Source: Pseudothermotoga sp.
GTDB lineage: Bacteria > Thermotogota > Thermotogae > Thermotogales > DSM-5069
Direction: 5' to 3'
Length of the DNA stretch: 24,174 nt
Assembly (NCBI GenBank): GCA_041640575.1
Contig: JBEPZZ010000025.1
Span: 1 to 24,174, forward strand
Numbering within the stretch: position 1 is the first letter of the stretch; each line of letters opens with the position of its first letter. Below the pieces are notes generated by a model. It was not told the DNA's origin. It saw only the letters and a list, made by a program, of their open reading frames with translations, and did no database searches. The position numbers and the translations under genes were made by a program. Positions 8,021 through 17,409 of this stretch are shown here, piece by piece.

Positions 8021-9559
8021 ATGCGCGAATTGAGAATATTGCTGAAATACGGATTAAAGGGTACTTATCAAGGAAGAAATCGAAAAAGATCGTCCCAAAG
8101 TATCTTGTTAATAATAGTTTTTGCCTCCGTTTATGGTTTTCCACTCTCTTCAATATTTCACGAAATTTTCAAAAAGACCTCTAGCATTTTTATCAACGGT
8201 ATAGATTTTCCAACTTTGCTGATTTCTTACTGGTCAACTTTATCAATTATTATGTTTTTGACATCATTTTTCTCAAGTCTTGTGAGCTCGTTTGTAAAAA
8301 ACGAGGAAATCAATATTCTGTTGACTTACCCTATAAGCAGAGCTAGTATAGCTATTTATCAGATGATTCTGACATTTGTGAGTCAAGCTTTTGTCTTGGT
8401 GATGTACTTTTCTGTTTTTATAGCCTATTCAACAGCAACAGGAAGAAACATCCCAATCTGCTTGTTATCATTGATACTTATGTCCATTTGTACTTTCTTT
8501 ATTTCGCTTATTTTATCAGCTTCAATTGGTTTGTTTATGAAGAGATCTACTGCGAGGGCAATGAATATCGTAAGTCTCCTGCTAAGCGTAGTAATTTTCT
8601 TGATCGCAACACAACTGTTACCAGGATTATTGAACACATTGGTGGAAAGCGAGCTTGAAAAATTTCTTAGGGTCGGGCAAATATTGCTCAGTCCCGTAAA
8701 TGTTTTCGCATGGCCAATTCTGGCAACTTTAGAGAAATATGAATATCTTGTCGGCCTGATTGTTTTAACCATTGCAGCTGGCTTTGTGGGATTGAAAATT
8801 GCATACAAATTGACTTTTGAGCAAAACGAAAGGCAGAAAATGAATAAAAGACTTTTGATGATCGAAAATCTTGATTTTACCAAGAAGGAACTGAAAATTC
8901 TTGTAAGGCAGAGCCAAACGATCATGATGTTTTTCTACCCAACAGCTTTATGCCTAATTTTTTCATATGCCACAAAATCCATTCCAAGTTCGATCTTTTT
9001 CACTGTTATAACCAGCGCGTTTTATGTATCATCGGCAGCTGCTTTACTTTCGGCCCAAGAGCTTCAGATATGGCCAATGCCAAGAGTTTTACCAATCAAT
9101 ATGAGATTTGTGGTTATCCCAAAGATATTCTTACCACCAACATTGTTTGCTCTAATATTTACGGCCACACTTTTCTTACTTCAACTTTTGTTCAATATTC
9201 CATGGATTTTTCATCTGTTGACACCGTTGGTGTTCATACTGTATCTTTACGCGTCAACTCTTGCGGTTGACGTTACTTTTAAATACGGCAAGGGTACCGG
9301 GATCTTAAATCCATCACGAGTTATCCCAGTGAATCGGGTGTTTGAAATACAAATTTTTGTTATGCTAACATCTATTTTTATCGTTGCTCCCACGCTTCTT
9401 TACATTGGCCTAGGAGAAATTTTCAAAAAATATCTAAGAACCGATCTACTCATAAATTTAGTTGGCCTTGTCTTGCCAATTAGTACAGCAATTTTCTTGA
9501 TATTCATTGTACATAAGAAAACGAGATCTATCGTATCAAGATTAACCCAAATGGAATGA
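8021..9559 (+). CDS. Putative ABC exporter permease (multi-pass membrane protein)
   Basis: 512 aa with about 12 or more hydrophobic segments; EINILLTYPI and KKELKILVR motifs typical of ABC-2-type permeases; starts 1 nt after the ATPase stop. Confidence 0.8.
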   Translation: MRELRILLKYGLKGTYQGRNRKRSSQSILLIIVFASVYGFPLSSIFHEIFKKTSSIFINGIDFPTLLISYWSTLSIIMFLTSFFSSLVSSFVKNEEINILLTYPISRASIAIYQMILTFVSQAFVLVMYFSVFIAYSTATGRNIPICLLSLILMSICTFFISLILSASIGLFMKRSTARAMNIVSLLLSVVIFLIATQLLPGLLNTLVESELEKFLRVGQILLSPVNVFAWPILATLEKYEYLVGLIVLTIAAGFVGLKIAYKLTFEQNERQKMNKRLLMIENLDFTKKELKILVRQSQTIMMFFYPTALCLIFSYATKSIPSSIFFTVITSAFYVSSAAALLSAQELQIWPMPRVLPINMRFVVIPKIFLPPTLFALIFTATLFLLQLLFNIPWIFHLLTPLVFILYLYASTLAVDVTFKYGKGTGILNPSRVIPVNRVFEIQIFVMLTSIFIVAPTLLYIGLGEIFKKYLRTDLLINLVGLVLPISTAIFLIFIVHKKTRSIVSRLTQME

Positions 9560-9581
9560 TAGTTTGTTTTGCTAACCTTTT

Positions 9582-9590
9582 TGGTATAAT
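9582..9590 (+). promoter_or_regulatory. Candidate extended -10 promoter (TGGTATAAT) for the M42 peptidase
   Basis: TGn followed by perfect TATAAT, 17 nt upstream of the ATG, followed by SD GGGGTGA. Confidence 0.55.
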
Positions 9591-9607
9591 TCCTTTGGGG
9601 TGATCTA

Positions 9608-10603
9608 ATGCAAAATGACTGGCTAGATGATCTTTTCAATCTTTGCTTGATTCCCGGGATTTCAGGAAGAGAAGAAAAGGTTAGGGAGAAAATCATACAT
9701 CTATTGCCAGGTTCTCTTTCGTACAAAGTCGATGGTGTGGGTAACTTGATCGTAGAAATTGGCGAAGGGGAAGAATCGGTCGCTTTAATGGCTCATATGG
9801 ACGAAATCGGATTGCTCATAACTGGTATCAGGCAGGACGGAACTTTGGTATTCAAAAAGGTTGGTGGCTTTGACGACAAACTCCTCCTTGGGACTCATGT
9901 GCATGTAGTAACTAGAAACCAGATTTTGGATGGTGTAATTGGTGTAACACCACCTCATTTGGGTGGAATCCAATCAACTGAAAACCTCGTAATCGACGTA
10001 GGCGCAAACAGCAAAGAAGAAGCAGTCAAGATGGGCATAAAAGTTATGGATTATGCGGTATTTAAAAAGCATGTGAGTATACTCAATGGACAATATGCAG
10101 CAGTAAGATCTGTTGACGATAGGTTTGGATGTCTAAGTTTGATCGAGGTTCTTAGAAGGCTGAAGGACAAGTCTTTGAAGAAGAAAGTTTTCTTTGTATG
10201 GACAGTTCAAGAAGAAATTGGTTTAAAGGGAGCTAAAGCTTTCTTGGCACGGCATCAAGTAGATCTTTGTTATGCGATAGATTCCTTTGCCTGCTGCTCA
10301 TCACTCACAGGTGATGTGATGCCAGGAAAAGGGCCTGTTCTGAGAATGGCTGACAATAGTGCTATGGGAAATTATGATTTGATGATGAGAATTCTCGAAA
10401 AGGCATCCAATAGACAAGTACCGGTTCAAATAGGTATAACTGGTGGAGGAACTGATGGTGCAGCCGCAGTAGACATTGGCGCAAAGATGGTACCAATAAC
10501 CTTGGCAGTGAAATACCTTCATTCGGCCGTCGAATACATCTCAACAAAAGATTTTAGCTATCTAGTTGAACTTTTGACCATCCTCTTGGAAGGTTCCGAT
10601 TAA
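9608..10603 (+). CDS. M42 family (TET-like) metallo-aminopeptidase
   Basis: Metal and catalytic motifs AHMDEIG, DDR, QEEIGLKGA, AID, GGGTDG and YLHS. Confidence 0.92.
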   Translation: MQNDWLDDLFNLCLIPGISGREEKVREKIIHLLPGSLSYKVDGVGNLIVEIGEGEESVALMAHMDEIGLLITGIRQDGTLVFKKVGGFDDKLLLGTHVHVVTRNQILDGVIGVTPPHLGGIQSTENLVIDVGANSKEEAVKMGIKVMDYAVFKKHVSILNGQYAAVRSVDDRFGCLSLIEVLRRLKDKSLKKKVFFVWTVQEEIGLKGAKAFLARHQVDLCYAIDSFACCSSLTGDVMPGKGPVLRMADNSAMGNYDLMMRILEKASNRQVPVQIGITGGGTDGAAAVDIGAKMVPITLAVKYLHSAVEYISTKDFSYLVELLTILLEGSD

Positions 10604-11826
10604 GATACAGCATGACTTTGTGGATACTTTACAAACAGTTTGTAGAAAACAAAATAAGCAATCATTGAATAGGCAAGAACGTGATAGGATGCTTGAATTC
10701 CTATTATGTTGCCAATCAAACCGAACATAAAAGTTCCCACCGGTGAACCACCGTTGTTTATCAGTGCATAAAGAGACATTACGCGCCCTTTTGCGTTAGA
10801 TGGAGATAGCAGTTGAGTACGACTGTTTGTGACATTAAAGAAAACAGTCTGGCAAGCCCCATTGATAAATGACATATAAAGTGCAGCGCGAGGATAAATG
10901 GATGTGACAAGTGTACTAAGACCTATAACAAGTATCAAGTATTCTTCATTGATATGAATAACTTTCTTGGAATCCATGCCACCCGCAAGAAGAGCGCCAA
11001 AAAATGCTCCAAGTCCCATTGACCCCATCACCAATCCATAACCTACAAGACCAGTACCTATAGCAGTCTTGGCAAAAGCTTGCATCAGCATACTATAAGG
11101 CATACCAAAAAACGCGTAAATTGTGAGAGACGCGAAAGTAACTAGAATTCTCTTGTCTTTCGACACAATTTGCAATCCCTCAGCCAAATCTTTGAAAAAA
11201 GACTTTTTGGTTGATAGATTTCGATGGTACATGAAAGGTATCCTTGGTAACACAATTAAAAGTGGAACAAATGAAATGGCATTGACAATGAATCCGAACG
11301 ACAATCCATAGTATTTAACAACGAAACCAGCTATCGAGGGTCCAATCATTCTAGCAAGGTTGAAAATAAGCGCGTGTAGAGCCAAGGCGTTTGGGAGATG
11401 ATCTTTCAAAACAATACTTGATATAAATGTGTTTCGCGAAGGCAAGTAAAAAGCAGCAGATACACCCATTAGAACACTGAGAACAAGTAGTTGCATTGGA
11501 GTGAGGACATTCTTATGAACTAAGAAAGCCATGATACAAGCGTTCACTGTATCTGCAACTTGTGTTAGGAACAGTACTTCTCTTGGGCCAAACCAGTCTA
11601 TTAAGACACCACTGACAGGGGATAATATCACCGTGGGAAAGCCTTTGAGAAAAGCTATAAGCCCTATGAATCCCGCTGCCTTGTTTGCCGGAAGGATGTT
11701 AACACCAACCCAACCACGTAATGTTGTATCAATCCAACTTCCAATCAGCGAGATACTTTGAGCTGACCAGAAAGCAAAATAACTTTTGTTTGACAGTGCT
11801 CTGAATGGATTTGAATACTTAGCCAT
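10600..11826 (-). CDS. MFS transporter (MefA/DHA3-like efflux type)
   Basis: About 12 hydrophobic segments; FWSAQSISLIGSW, GVLIDWFGPR (motif A-like), FNLARMIGPSIAG and GRVMSLY. Confidence 0.9.
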   Translation of the reverse strand: MAKYSNPFRALSNKSYFAFWSAQSISLIGSWIDTTLRGWVGVNILPANKAAGFIGLIAFLKGFPTVILSPVSGVLIDWFGPREVLFLTQVADTVNACIMAFLVHKNVLTPMQLLVLSVLMGVSAAFYLPSRNTFISSIVLKDHLPNALALHALIFNLARMIGPSIAGFVVKYYGLSFGFIVNAISFVPLLIVLPRIPFMYHRNLSTKKSFFKDLAEGLQIVSKDKRILVTFASLTIYAFFGMPYSMLMQAFAKTAIGTGLVGYGLVMGSMGLGAFFGALLAGGMDSKKVIHINEEYLILVIGLSTLVTSIYPRAALYMSFINGACQTVFFNVTNSRTQLLSPSNAKGRVMSLYALINNGGSPVGTFMFGLIGNIIGIQASYHVLAYSMIAYFVFYKLFVKYPQSHAVS

Positions 11827-11900
11827 ACGAACTTTTTATACAGAAGTATTGTTAAAATAAATGAGTAAGCCTCGTAACAAAAGTTCAAATACCGAACAAC

Positions 11901-11930
11901 TTGTCAGATGTGTTGAAGAGGTGCTAAAAT
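11901..11930 (+). promoter_or_regulatory. Candidate sigma70 promoter for the chemoreceptor gene
   Basis: TTGTCA-N18-TAAAAT with TG extension, upstream of SD GGGGAGGT. Confidence 0.5.
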
Positions 11931-11965
11931 TAATTGTACAACAATAAAACGGGGAGGTTAAGGTA

Positions 11966-13483
11966 GTGACTGCAGTAATCTTGGCACTATCAGTGTTGTT
12001 GTTTTTTACCTTATTCAAGTTTGATATTCCTTGGTTCATAACCTTCTTGCCTGCGTCAATAATTGCTCTTTCTTTGCTCAGTTTAATCCGCGCAAGGAAG
12101 GAAGGAAATGGAAAATTGGAATCAGCAAAGTTGAACGTTCGAGATACAGATCACTTTTTTGACGAAATTTATTTGACTTCAACTAATCTCCAGGAAGATT
12201 CAGAGGAATTTAAGAATGTTTCTTCAAAAATGTCGGAAATTTCCAATGACTTACAGCAAAAGTCGAAGAAAATCTCTGGACTTGTCCAGTCACTGACAGC
12301 TGCTTTAGAAGAAACCTCTTCAGGTACATCGGAGATAACCAAATCAGTAGAAGTCATTAATTCTAATGTTCAAAGGATGTATCAAGATTTTGGTGATCTT
12401 GAAAAAAGTGTTATTGAACTAGAAGGAAAGACTCAAACGATCTCGCAGGAAAATGAGGCAGCTAGAAACAGTTTGTCTGATCTGAGTGAATCAATGAAGA
12501 AATTGAGTAGTACATCGAGCAGCATAAATCAAATGGTACAAGTAATAAGTCAAATTGCTGAACAGACAAACTTGCTTGCGCTAAACGCCGCTATTGAAGC
12601 TGCGAGAGCTGGAGAAAGCGGAAAAGGATTCGCCGTTGTAGCTGAGGAAATAAGAAAACTTGCAGAACAGTCTAAAAGAGCGGCGCAAGAAATATCGCAG
12701 CAGATTGAAGCTATAGGAAGCTTGATCATCGAATCGGTCAATAAGAATGATGTCGTTGCAAAAACATTACAGTCAACTATTAGCATCAGTGAACAGTTTG
12801 TAGAGCAACTTTCGAAAATAAGAAGAAACACTGAGACGTTTAAAAGATCAATAAAGGAAATACGGGAGTCCGTTCAAAACCAAGTATCCGCAACGAAAGA
12901 GATTGAATTAGCAATCAGTAATAACGTGCAAAGTTCATCAGAAATACTTACCTTTGTTGATGAAACAGAAAAAGTTGTGGATATGTTGAGTAATCTGTCA
13001 AGGGAACTATCATCTGGGGCTGATATTCTCTCAATAAAATCTTTAAAGTTAAAGAGCTTGGCCGGAGCACGAGAATGGTTGCTTGCAGAAATAAATGAAC
13101 TGATCCAATTGCTTAACACTCAGGAATGTAGAAACTTGAATTGGTCTTCTTTTGAACCTCTTGCTAAGAATTTCTTGAGCAAGAAGTCCGATGTGTACGA
13201 AACGATTTTTATCGCTGATTCCTCTGGAAATTTTGTTACAACAACTGGTAGCAAAGGGAATATATCGGACAGGGCTTACTTCAACTATCTCAAAAGCAGT
13301 CATGCTACATGGACCATATCAGATCCCCTGAAATCAAGAGCAACAGGCAACATGGTTCTCACTTTCGCATACGCAATCAGAGAAGATGGAAGATTCAAAG
13401 GTATAGCCGGTGCGAATTTTCGGTTAGAAAGGCTAAAGAAAGAGTTGAAGCAAATGAACAATCAAATTCATTCACAAAAGTGA
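11966..13483 (+). CDS. Methyl-accepting chemotaxis protein with a C-terminal Cache/PDC-like domain
   Basis: Signalling hairpin [38 protein letters not shown]; two adjacent N-terminal hydrophobic helices; C-terminal IFIADSSG...ISDRAYF...ISDP..S.ATG...G.FKGI resembles a Cache fold. Confidence 0.92.
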   Translation: MTAVILALSVLLFFTLFKFDIPWFITFLPASIIALSLLSLIRARKEGNGKLESAKLNVRDTDHFFDEIYLTSTNLQEDSEEFKNVSSKMSEISNDLQQKSKKISGLVQSLTAALEETSSGTSEITKSVEVINSNVQRMYQDFGDLEKSVIELEGKTQTISQENEAARNSLSDLSESMKKLSSTSSSINQMVQVISQIAEQTNLLALNAAIEAARAGESGKGFAVVAEEIRKLAEQSKRAAQEISQQIEAIGSLIIESVNKNDVVAKTLQSTISISEQFVEQLSKIRRNTETFKRSIKEIRESVQNQVSATKEIELAISNNVQSSSEILTFVDETEKVVDMLSNLSRELSSGADILSIKSLKLKSLAGAREWLLAEINELIQLLNTQECRNLNWSSFEPLAKNFLSKKSDVYETIFIADSSGNFVTTTGSKGNISDRAYFNYLKSSHATWTISDPLKSRATGNMVLTFAYAIREDGRFKGIAGANFRLERLKKELKQMNNQIHSQK

Positions 13484-14427
13484 CATTTACAAATATGACC
13501 TTTTGATACTTCATAAAGCTGTGGTTCCTCGCTTTGACAAATTTTCTGTGACTTAGGACACCGGGTATGAAATACGCATCCACTAGGAGGATTGATTGGG
13601 CTCGGTATCTCTCCTTTTGGCACTGAACGTATTCTCTTGCCTGTACCAATATTTGGTACTGAATCAAGAAGGATTTTGGTGTATGGGTGAGATGGTTTAT
13701 TGAAGATATGTTCTTTACTGCCAAGCTCCATAATTTTACCAAGATACATCACTGCAACGTGGCTTGCCATGTAATCAACTACCGCTAGATTGTGCGTTAT
13801 AAACATGTAAGTAAGTGAAAACTTTTCCCTCAAATCTTTTAACATGGCTAATATGCGTGCTTGGACGGAAACGTCAAGAGCCGATGTAGGTTCATCTAGA
13901 ACAATAAACTGCGGCTTGAGTACAAGTACTCTCGCAATAGCAATACGTTGCCTTTGACCTCCAGAGAATTCGTGTGGATATCTGAACATATGTTCCTCGC
14001 GAAGCCCTACAAGCTCAAGCATTTCTTTAACCGTGTAGTATATCTCGTCACTTCTCATCTTGAAATGAATTTTTAGGCCCTCACCAACTATGTCTTTTAC
14101 GAGCTTTCTTGGGTGCAGAGAGTTGTATGGATCTTGCTGAACTATTTGCATTTTGCGCCTATATTCAAGTAATTGCTTACCATCAAGTTTCGTGATCTCT
14201 TTGTCCTCATAGTACAAATTGCCACTGGTGGGTTCTATCAACCTCAGAATTACCCTACCAAGAGTACTCTTACCGGAACCAGATTCCCCAACAACTGCGA
14301 AAATTGAACCTTTGCTTATATCAAAAGTGACATCATCAACAGCCTTAACGTACTGTAATTTTGAGAAAAGAGATTTTCTTATCTCAAAGTATTTTTTAAG
14401 GTTCATTACCCTTATCAAGGTTTCCAT
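13468..14427 (-). CDS. oppF: Opp/Dpp ABC importer ATP-binding subunit F (operon 1)
   Basis: [27 protein letters not shown] and a C-terminal GCVFHTRC...C...C region. Start taken as ATG at 14427 (SD GGAGGG at 14434-14439). Confidence 0.92.
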   Translation of the reverse strand: METLIRVMNLKKYFEIRKSLFSKLQYVKAVDDVTFDISKGSIFAVVGESGSGKSTLGRVILRLIEPTSGNLYYEDKEITKLDGKQLLEYRRKMQIVQQDPYNSLHPRKLVKDIVGEGLKIHFKMRSDEIYYTVKEMLELVGLREEHMFRYPHEFSGGQRQRIAIARVLVLKPQFIVLDEPTSALDVSVQARILAMLKDLREKFSLTYMFITHNLAVVDYMASHVAVMYLGKIMELGSKEHIFNKPSHPYTKILLDSVPNIGTGKRIRSVPKGEIPSPINPPSGCVFHTRCPKSQKICQSEEPQLYEVSKGHICKCHFCE

Positions 14428-15400
14428 TATTAACCCTCCGCTGTTCATACAAATGACAAGCTACAAAGTGTGTGTCACCAATTTGAATCAATGATGGAAG
14501 TTCATGAAAGCATTTTTCAAAGGCATACTTGCATCTTGGATGAAATCTGCAACCTGGCGGTGGATCAACCAGATCAGGTACAGTTCCTGGAATCCCAGTT
14601 AGAGTCTTTGACATCCCAATGATTGGTATGGATTCTATTAAACCCTTTGTGTAAGGGTGCATCGGTGCGGCAAAAATTTCTTCACTTTTTGCGACTTCAA
14701 TAACATTTCCTGCGTACATGACTGCAACTCTATCGCAAAATTCCGAGGCTATTCCAAGATCATGTGTAATTAAAATTACGGCATTCTTTCCAGCCGAGAC
14801 AAGCTCGTCCAGAAGCTTAAGTATTTGAGCTTGTATCGTTACATCTAAAGCAGATGTAGGTTCATCTGCTATCAAAAGCTTAGGCTTAATAGCCAGTGCC
14901 ATTGCTATCATAACTCGCTGCGCCATACCTCCACTGAGTTCATGAGGATAGAGATCGATTGCTCTCTTCCAATCTAGTCCAACCATTTCAAGCGCTTCTG
15001 GAACGTATTCATAAGCGTCTTTTATGGCTATACCTCTCGCGTGAGCTATTGATTCCGCCACTTGAAAACCAACTTTGAAAACAGGATTCAGAGCAGCCAG
15101 TGGTTCTTGAAAAATCATGGAGATTTGTCTTCCCCTGTAATTATCCAGTTCCTCAACCGTAAGCTTTAATAAATCCGTACCATTGAACCATACGCTGCCT
15201 TCCTTTATTTCCCCAGGTTGTTCGATCAATCTCATTATTGAAAGTGCAGTGACCGATTTTCCGCATCCAGTTTCCCCAACTATGGCAAGACGTTCGGATT
15301 CATCTAACCAAAGTCGGACACCATTTAGAGCTTTGACAGTTCCTCTGTATGTGTAAAAGACAACTCTCAAATTTTCTACATTGAGCAAATTTCCTCTCAC
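14396..15400 (-). CDS. oppD: Opp/Dpp ABC importer ATP-binding subunit D (operon 1)
   Basis: [34 protein letters not shown] and GCRFHPRC. Confidence 0.92.
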   Translation of the reverse strand: MRGNLLNVENLRVVFYTYRGTVKALNGVRLWLDESERLAIVGETGCGKSVTALSIMRLIEQPGEIKEGSVWFNGTDLLKLTVEELDNYRGRQISMIFQEPLAALNPVFKVGFQVAESIAHARGIAIKDAYEYVPEALEMVGLDWKRAIDLYPHELSGGMAQRVMIAMALAIKPKLLIADEPTSALDVTIQAQILKLLDELVSAGKNAVILITHDLGIASEFCDRVAVMYAGNVIEVAKSEEIFAAPMHPYTKGLIESIPIIGMSKTLTGIPGTVPDLVDPPPGCRFHPRCKYAFEKCFHELPSLIQIGDTHFVACHLYEQRRVNNGNLDKGNEP

Positions 15401-15407
15401 TAATCAT

Positions 15408-16301
15408 TTACCTCCTCAAGCGTGGATCAAGTATATCTCTAATGCCATCACCAAGCAGGTTGAATCCAAGAACAACCAATGCGATGACTAGACCAGGAAA
15501 AGTTGAGATCCACCATTGTTGTACTAGATAACTTCGACCATCACTCACAATAGCACCCCACTCTGGTATCGGTGGTTGAGCACCCAGCCCTAGAAAACCA
15601 AGACCAGCCGCCGTAAGAATTATTGTTCCCATTCTTAGAGTCAACTGAACCAAAACAGGCGAAAGGCACATCGGAAGAACGTGGAGCAGGAGTATTCTGA
15701 GATTACCAGCCCCTATAGCTTTAATCGCCTCAATGTACGGCTGAGATTTAACCCTCATCGCTTCGGCCCTGGCCAGCCTTGCGATAACTGTCCACTCAAC
15801 AAGTGATATCGCAATTATGGCATTTGTCAGACCTCTACCAAGCATTGCAGATAGTGCCATAGCAAGTATCAATCTCGGAAATGCAAGGAAGATATCCGTT
15901 ATCCTCATCAAGATTTCGTCGACAACGCCACCAAAATAGCCGGCAGTGATCCCCACTGTTAATCCTATAGCTCCACTTATCATTGTTACGAGAAAGATTA
16001 TCCAAACTTCTATTCGTGCTCCATAAAGAACCCTGCTAAAAATGTCTCTTCCAAATTGATCAGTGCCAAAAAAATATTTTGCACTAGGTGGTCGAAGACG
16101 ATTAGTCAGGTCTGTTTTAATTGGGTCATATGGTGCCAGCAAGGGCGCAAATAAAGCTATTAGTAGGAACCCTATTACTATGGTTGCTCCTATCATCGCA
16201 AGTTTTGTCTTCCTCCAAAGATAAAGACTGTGTTTCCAATCCTCGATTATCGGTTTCCATCGCGAAGTTCTAGCGCGTCCAAGTTGTTCCAAATTTATCA
16301 C
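15408..16301 (-). CDS. oppC: Opp/Dpp ABC importer permease C (operon 1)
   Basis: GTDQFGRDIFSRVLYGAR, EAA-like YIEAIKAIGA, LGFLGLGAQPP.PEWG and GDGIRDILDPR. Confidence 0.92.
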   Translation of the reverse strand: MINLEQLGRARTSRWKPIIEDWKHSLYLWRKTKLAMIGATIVIGFLLIALFAPLLAPYDPIKTDLTNRLRPPSAKYFFGTDQFGRDIFSRVLYGARIEVWIIFLVTMISGAIGLTVGITAGYFGGVVDEILMRITDIFLAFPRLILAMALSAMLGRGLTNAIIAISLVEWTVIARLARAEAMRVKSQPYIEAIKAIGAGNLRILLLHVLPMCLSPVLVQLTLRMGTIILTAAGLGFLGLGAQPPIPEWGAIVSDGRSYLVQQWWISTFPGLVIALVVLGFNLLGDGIRDILDPRLRR

Positions 16302-16303
16302 CC

Positions 16304-17314
16304 CTAGATACGCATTCTCGGATCAAGCACGGCATATATTATGTCAACAATTAGGTTTACGAGCGAGTAGATTACAGCAACAAACAGAGTACCTCCCATC
16401 ACAGCCGGGTAATCAAGATAAAGCATTGCGTTAACAAGATATCTGCCAAGACCTGGCCAACCAAAAATTGTTTCAGTCAAGACAGCTCCTTCTAACAACC
16501 CACCAAAAGTCAAGCCAATGATTGTCACGACAGGTATTAAAGCATTTCTCAATGCGTGCCTATATATGACAAATCTCGACCCAATCCCCTTTGCCTTAGC
16601 GGTTCTTATGAAATCTTGTCTTAGAACATCCAACATGCTAGAGCGAGTTATTCGGGCTATGGAAGCTGTTGCAGAGTATCCAAGTACTACCGTAGGTAAA
16701 ACGAGATGAGAAATTGCATCTCTCAACGCTTCAAAATTACCACTCAAAAGTGAATCTAAAACAAGAAGTCCTGTATAACGCGTCGGTGGAGTAGTAAACA
16801 GTCCAAACCGTCCAACTCCAGGTAACCAACCGAGTCGAAAATAGAAAAGGAGAAGTAGAATTAAACCTGTCCAAAAGACAGGCATCGAAACGCCAAGAAT
16901 GGAAAAGACCCTGGAAAAATGATCTATAAGCTTGTTTCTGTGAACCGCCGAAAGTATGCCTAGAGTAATACCCAAGATTATCGAGAACAATGTAGCAGAA
17001 ATTGCAAGTTCAAGAGTCGCCGGGAAGAATTCTGCAATATCTTTAACAACAGGTCTACTCGATTTCAATGAAACTCCAAGATGACCTCTAACTAGACCAA
17101 ACATGTAATCTAGAAACTGAATCATCAATGGTTTATCCAAACCAAGTCTTCTTTTCATGTCTTCAACTAGATCTACAGGCGCATTTCCTCCCAGAATAGC
17201 TCCAACAGGATCGGCTGGTATAACTTTTGCTATAACAAAAACGAGGACGGAAACCCCTAGTAGAACAAAGACCATGAGAAGTAATCTTCTAACTATGAAA
17301 GAGGATAGTCTCAT
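16304..17314 (-). CDS. oppB: Opp/Dpp ABC importer permease B (operon 1)
   Basis: LGLDKPL, PATLELA, DFIRTAKAKG, ETIFGWPGLG and DIIYAVLDPR. Start taken as ATG at 17314 (TTG at 17323 is the alternative). Confidence 0.92.
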   Translation of the reverse strand: MRLSSFIVRRLLLMVFVLLGVSVLVFVIAKVIPADPVGAILGGNAPVDLVEDMKRRLGLDKPLMIQFLDYMFGLVRGHLGVSLKSSRPVVKDIAEFFPATLELAISATLFSIILGITLGILSAVHRNKLIDHFSRVFSILGVSMPVFWTGLILLLLFYFRLGWLPGVGRFGLFTTPPTRYTGLLVLDSLLSGNFEALRDAISHLVLPTVVLGYSATASIARITRSSMLDVLRQDFIRTAKAKGIGSRFVIYRHALRNALIPVVTIIGLTFGGLLEGAVLTETIFGWPGLGRYLVNAMLYLDYPAVMGGTLFVAVIYSLVNLIVDIIYAVLDPRMRI

Positions 17315-17356
17315 CTTACACAAAATCCTCCAGTCTCTGAATTATTATTATTATAA

Positions 17357-17382
17357 GCAGGAGGCCCACAATAGCCTCCTGC
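17357..17382 (-). terminator. GC-rich stem-loop between oppA and oppB of operon 1 (partial terminator or mRNA stabiliser)
   Basis: GCAGGAGGC-N8-GCCTCCTGC, a perfect 9-bp stem, followed on the minus strand by an AU-rich tract rather than a U-run. Confidence 0.6.
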
Positions 17383-17409
17383 CAGCAGGAAATCATTCAT
17401 CCACCAGTT

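Noticed and set aside
8425..8925. 166-aa antisense ORF inside the ABC permease
   Set aside because: Shadow ORF of a hydrophobic gene with no recognisable motif.
9608..10603. Endoglucanase call for the M42 protein
   Set aside because: M42 proteins are often misannotated as cellulases; the motifs are those of a dinuclear aminopeptidase.
11870..11900. Possible sigma28 promoter (ACCGAACA) upstream of the chemoreceptor
   Set aside because: There is no TAAA at the expected distance, and a sigma70-like promoter fits better.
11836..12039. 67-aa minus-strand ORF upstream of the MFS gene
   Set aside because: It overlaps the chemoreceptor start and promoter region and shows no coding signal.
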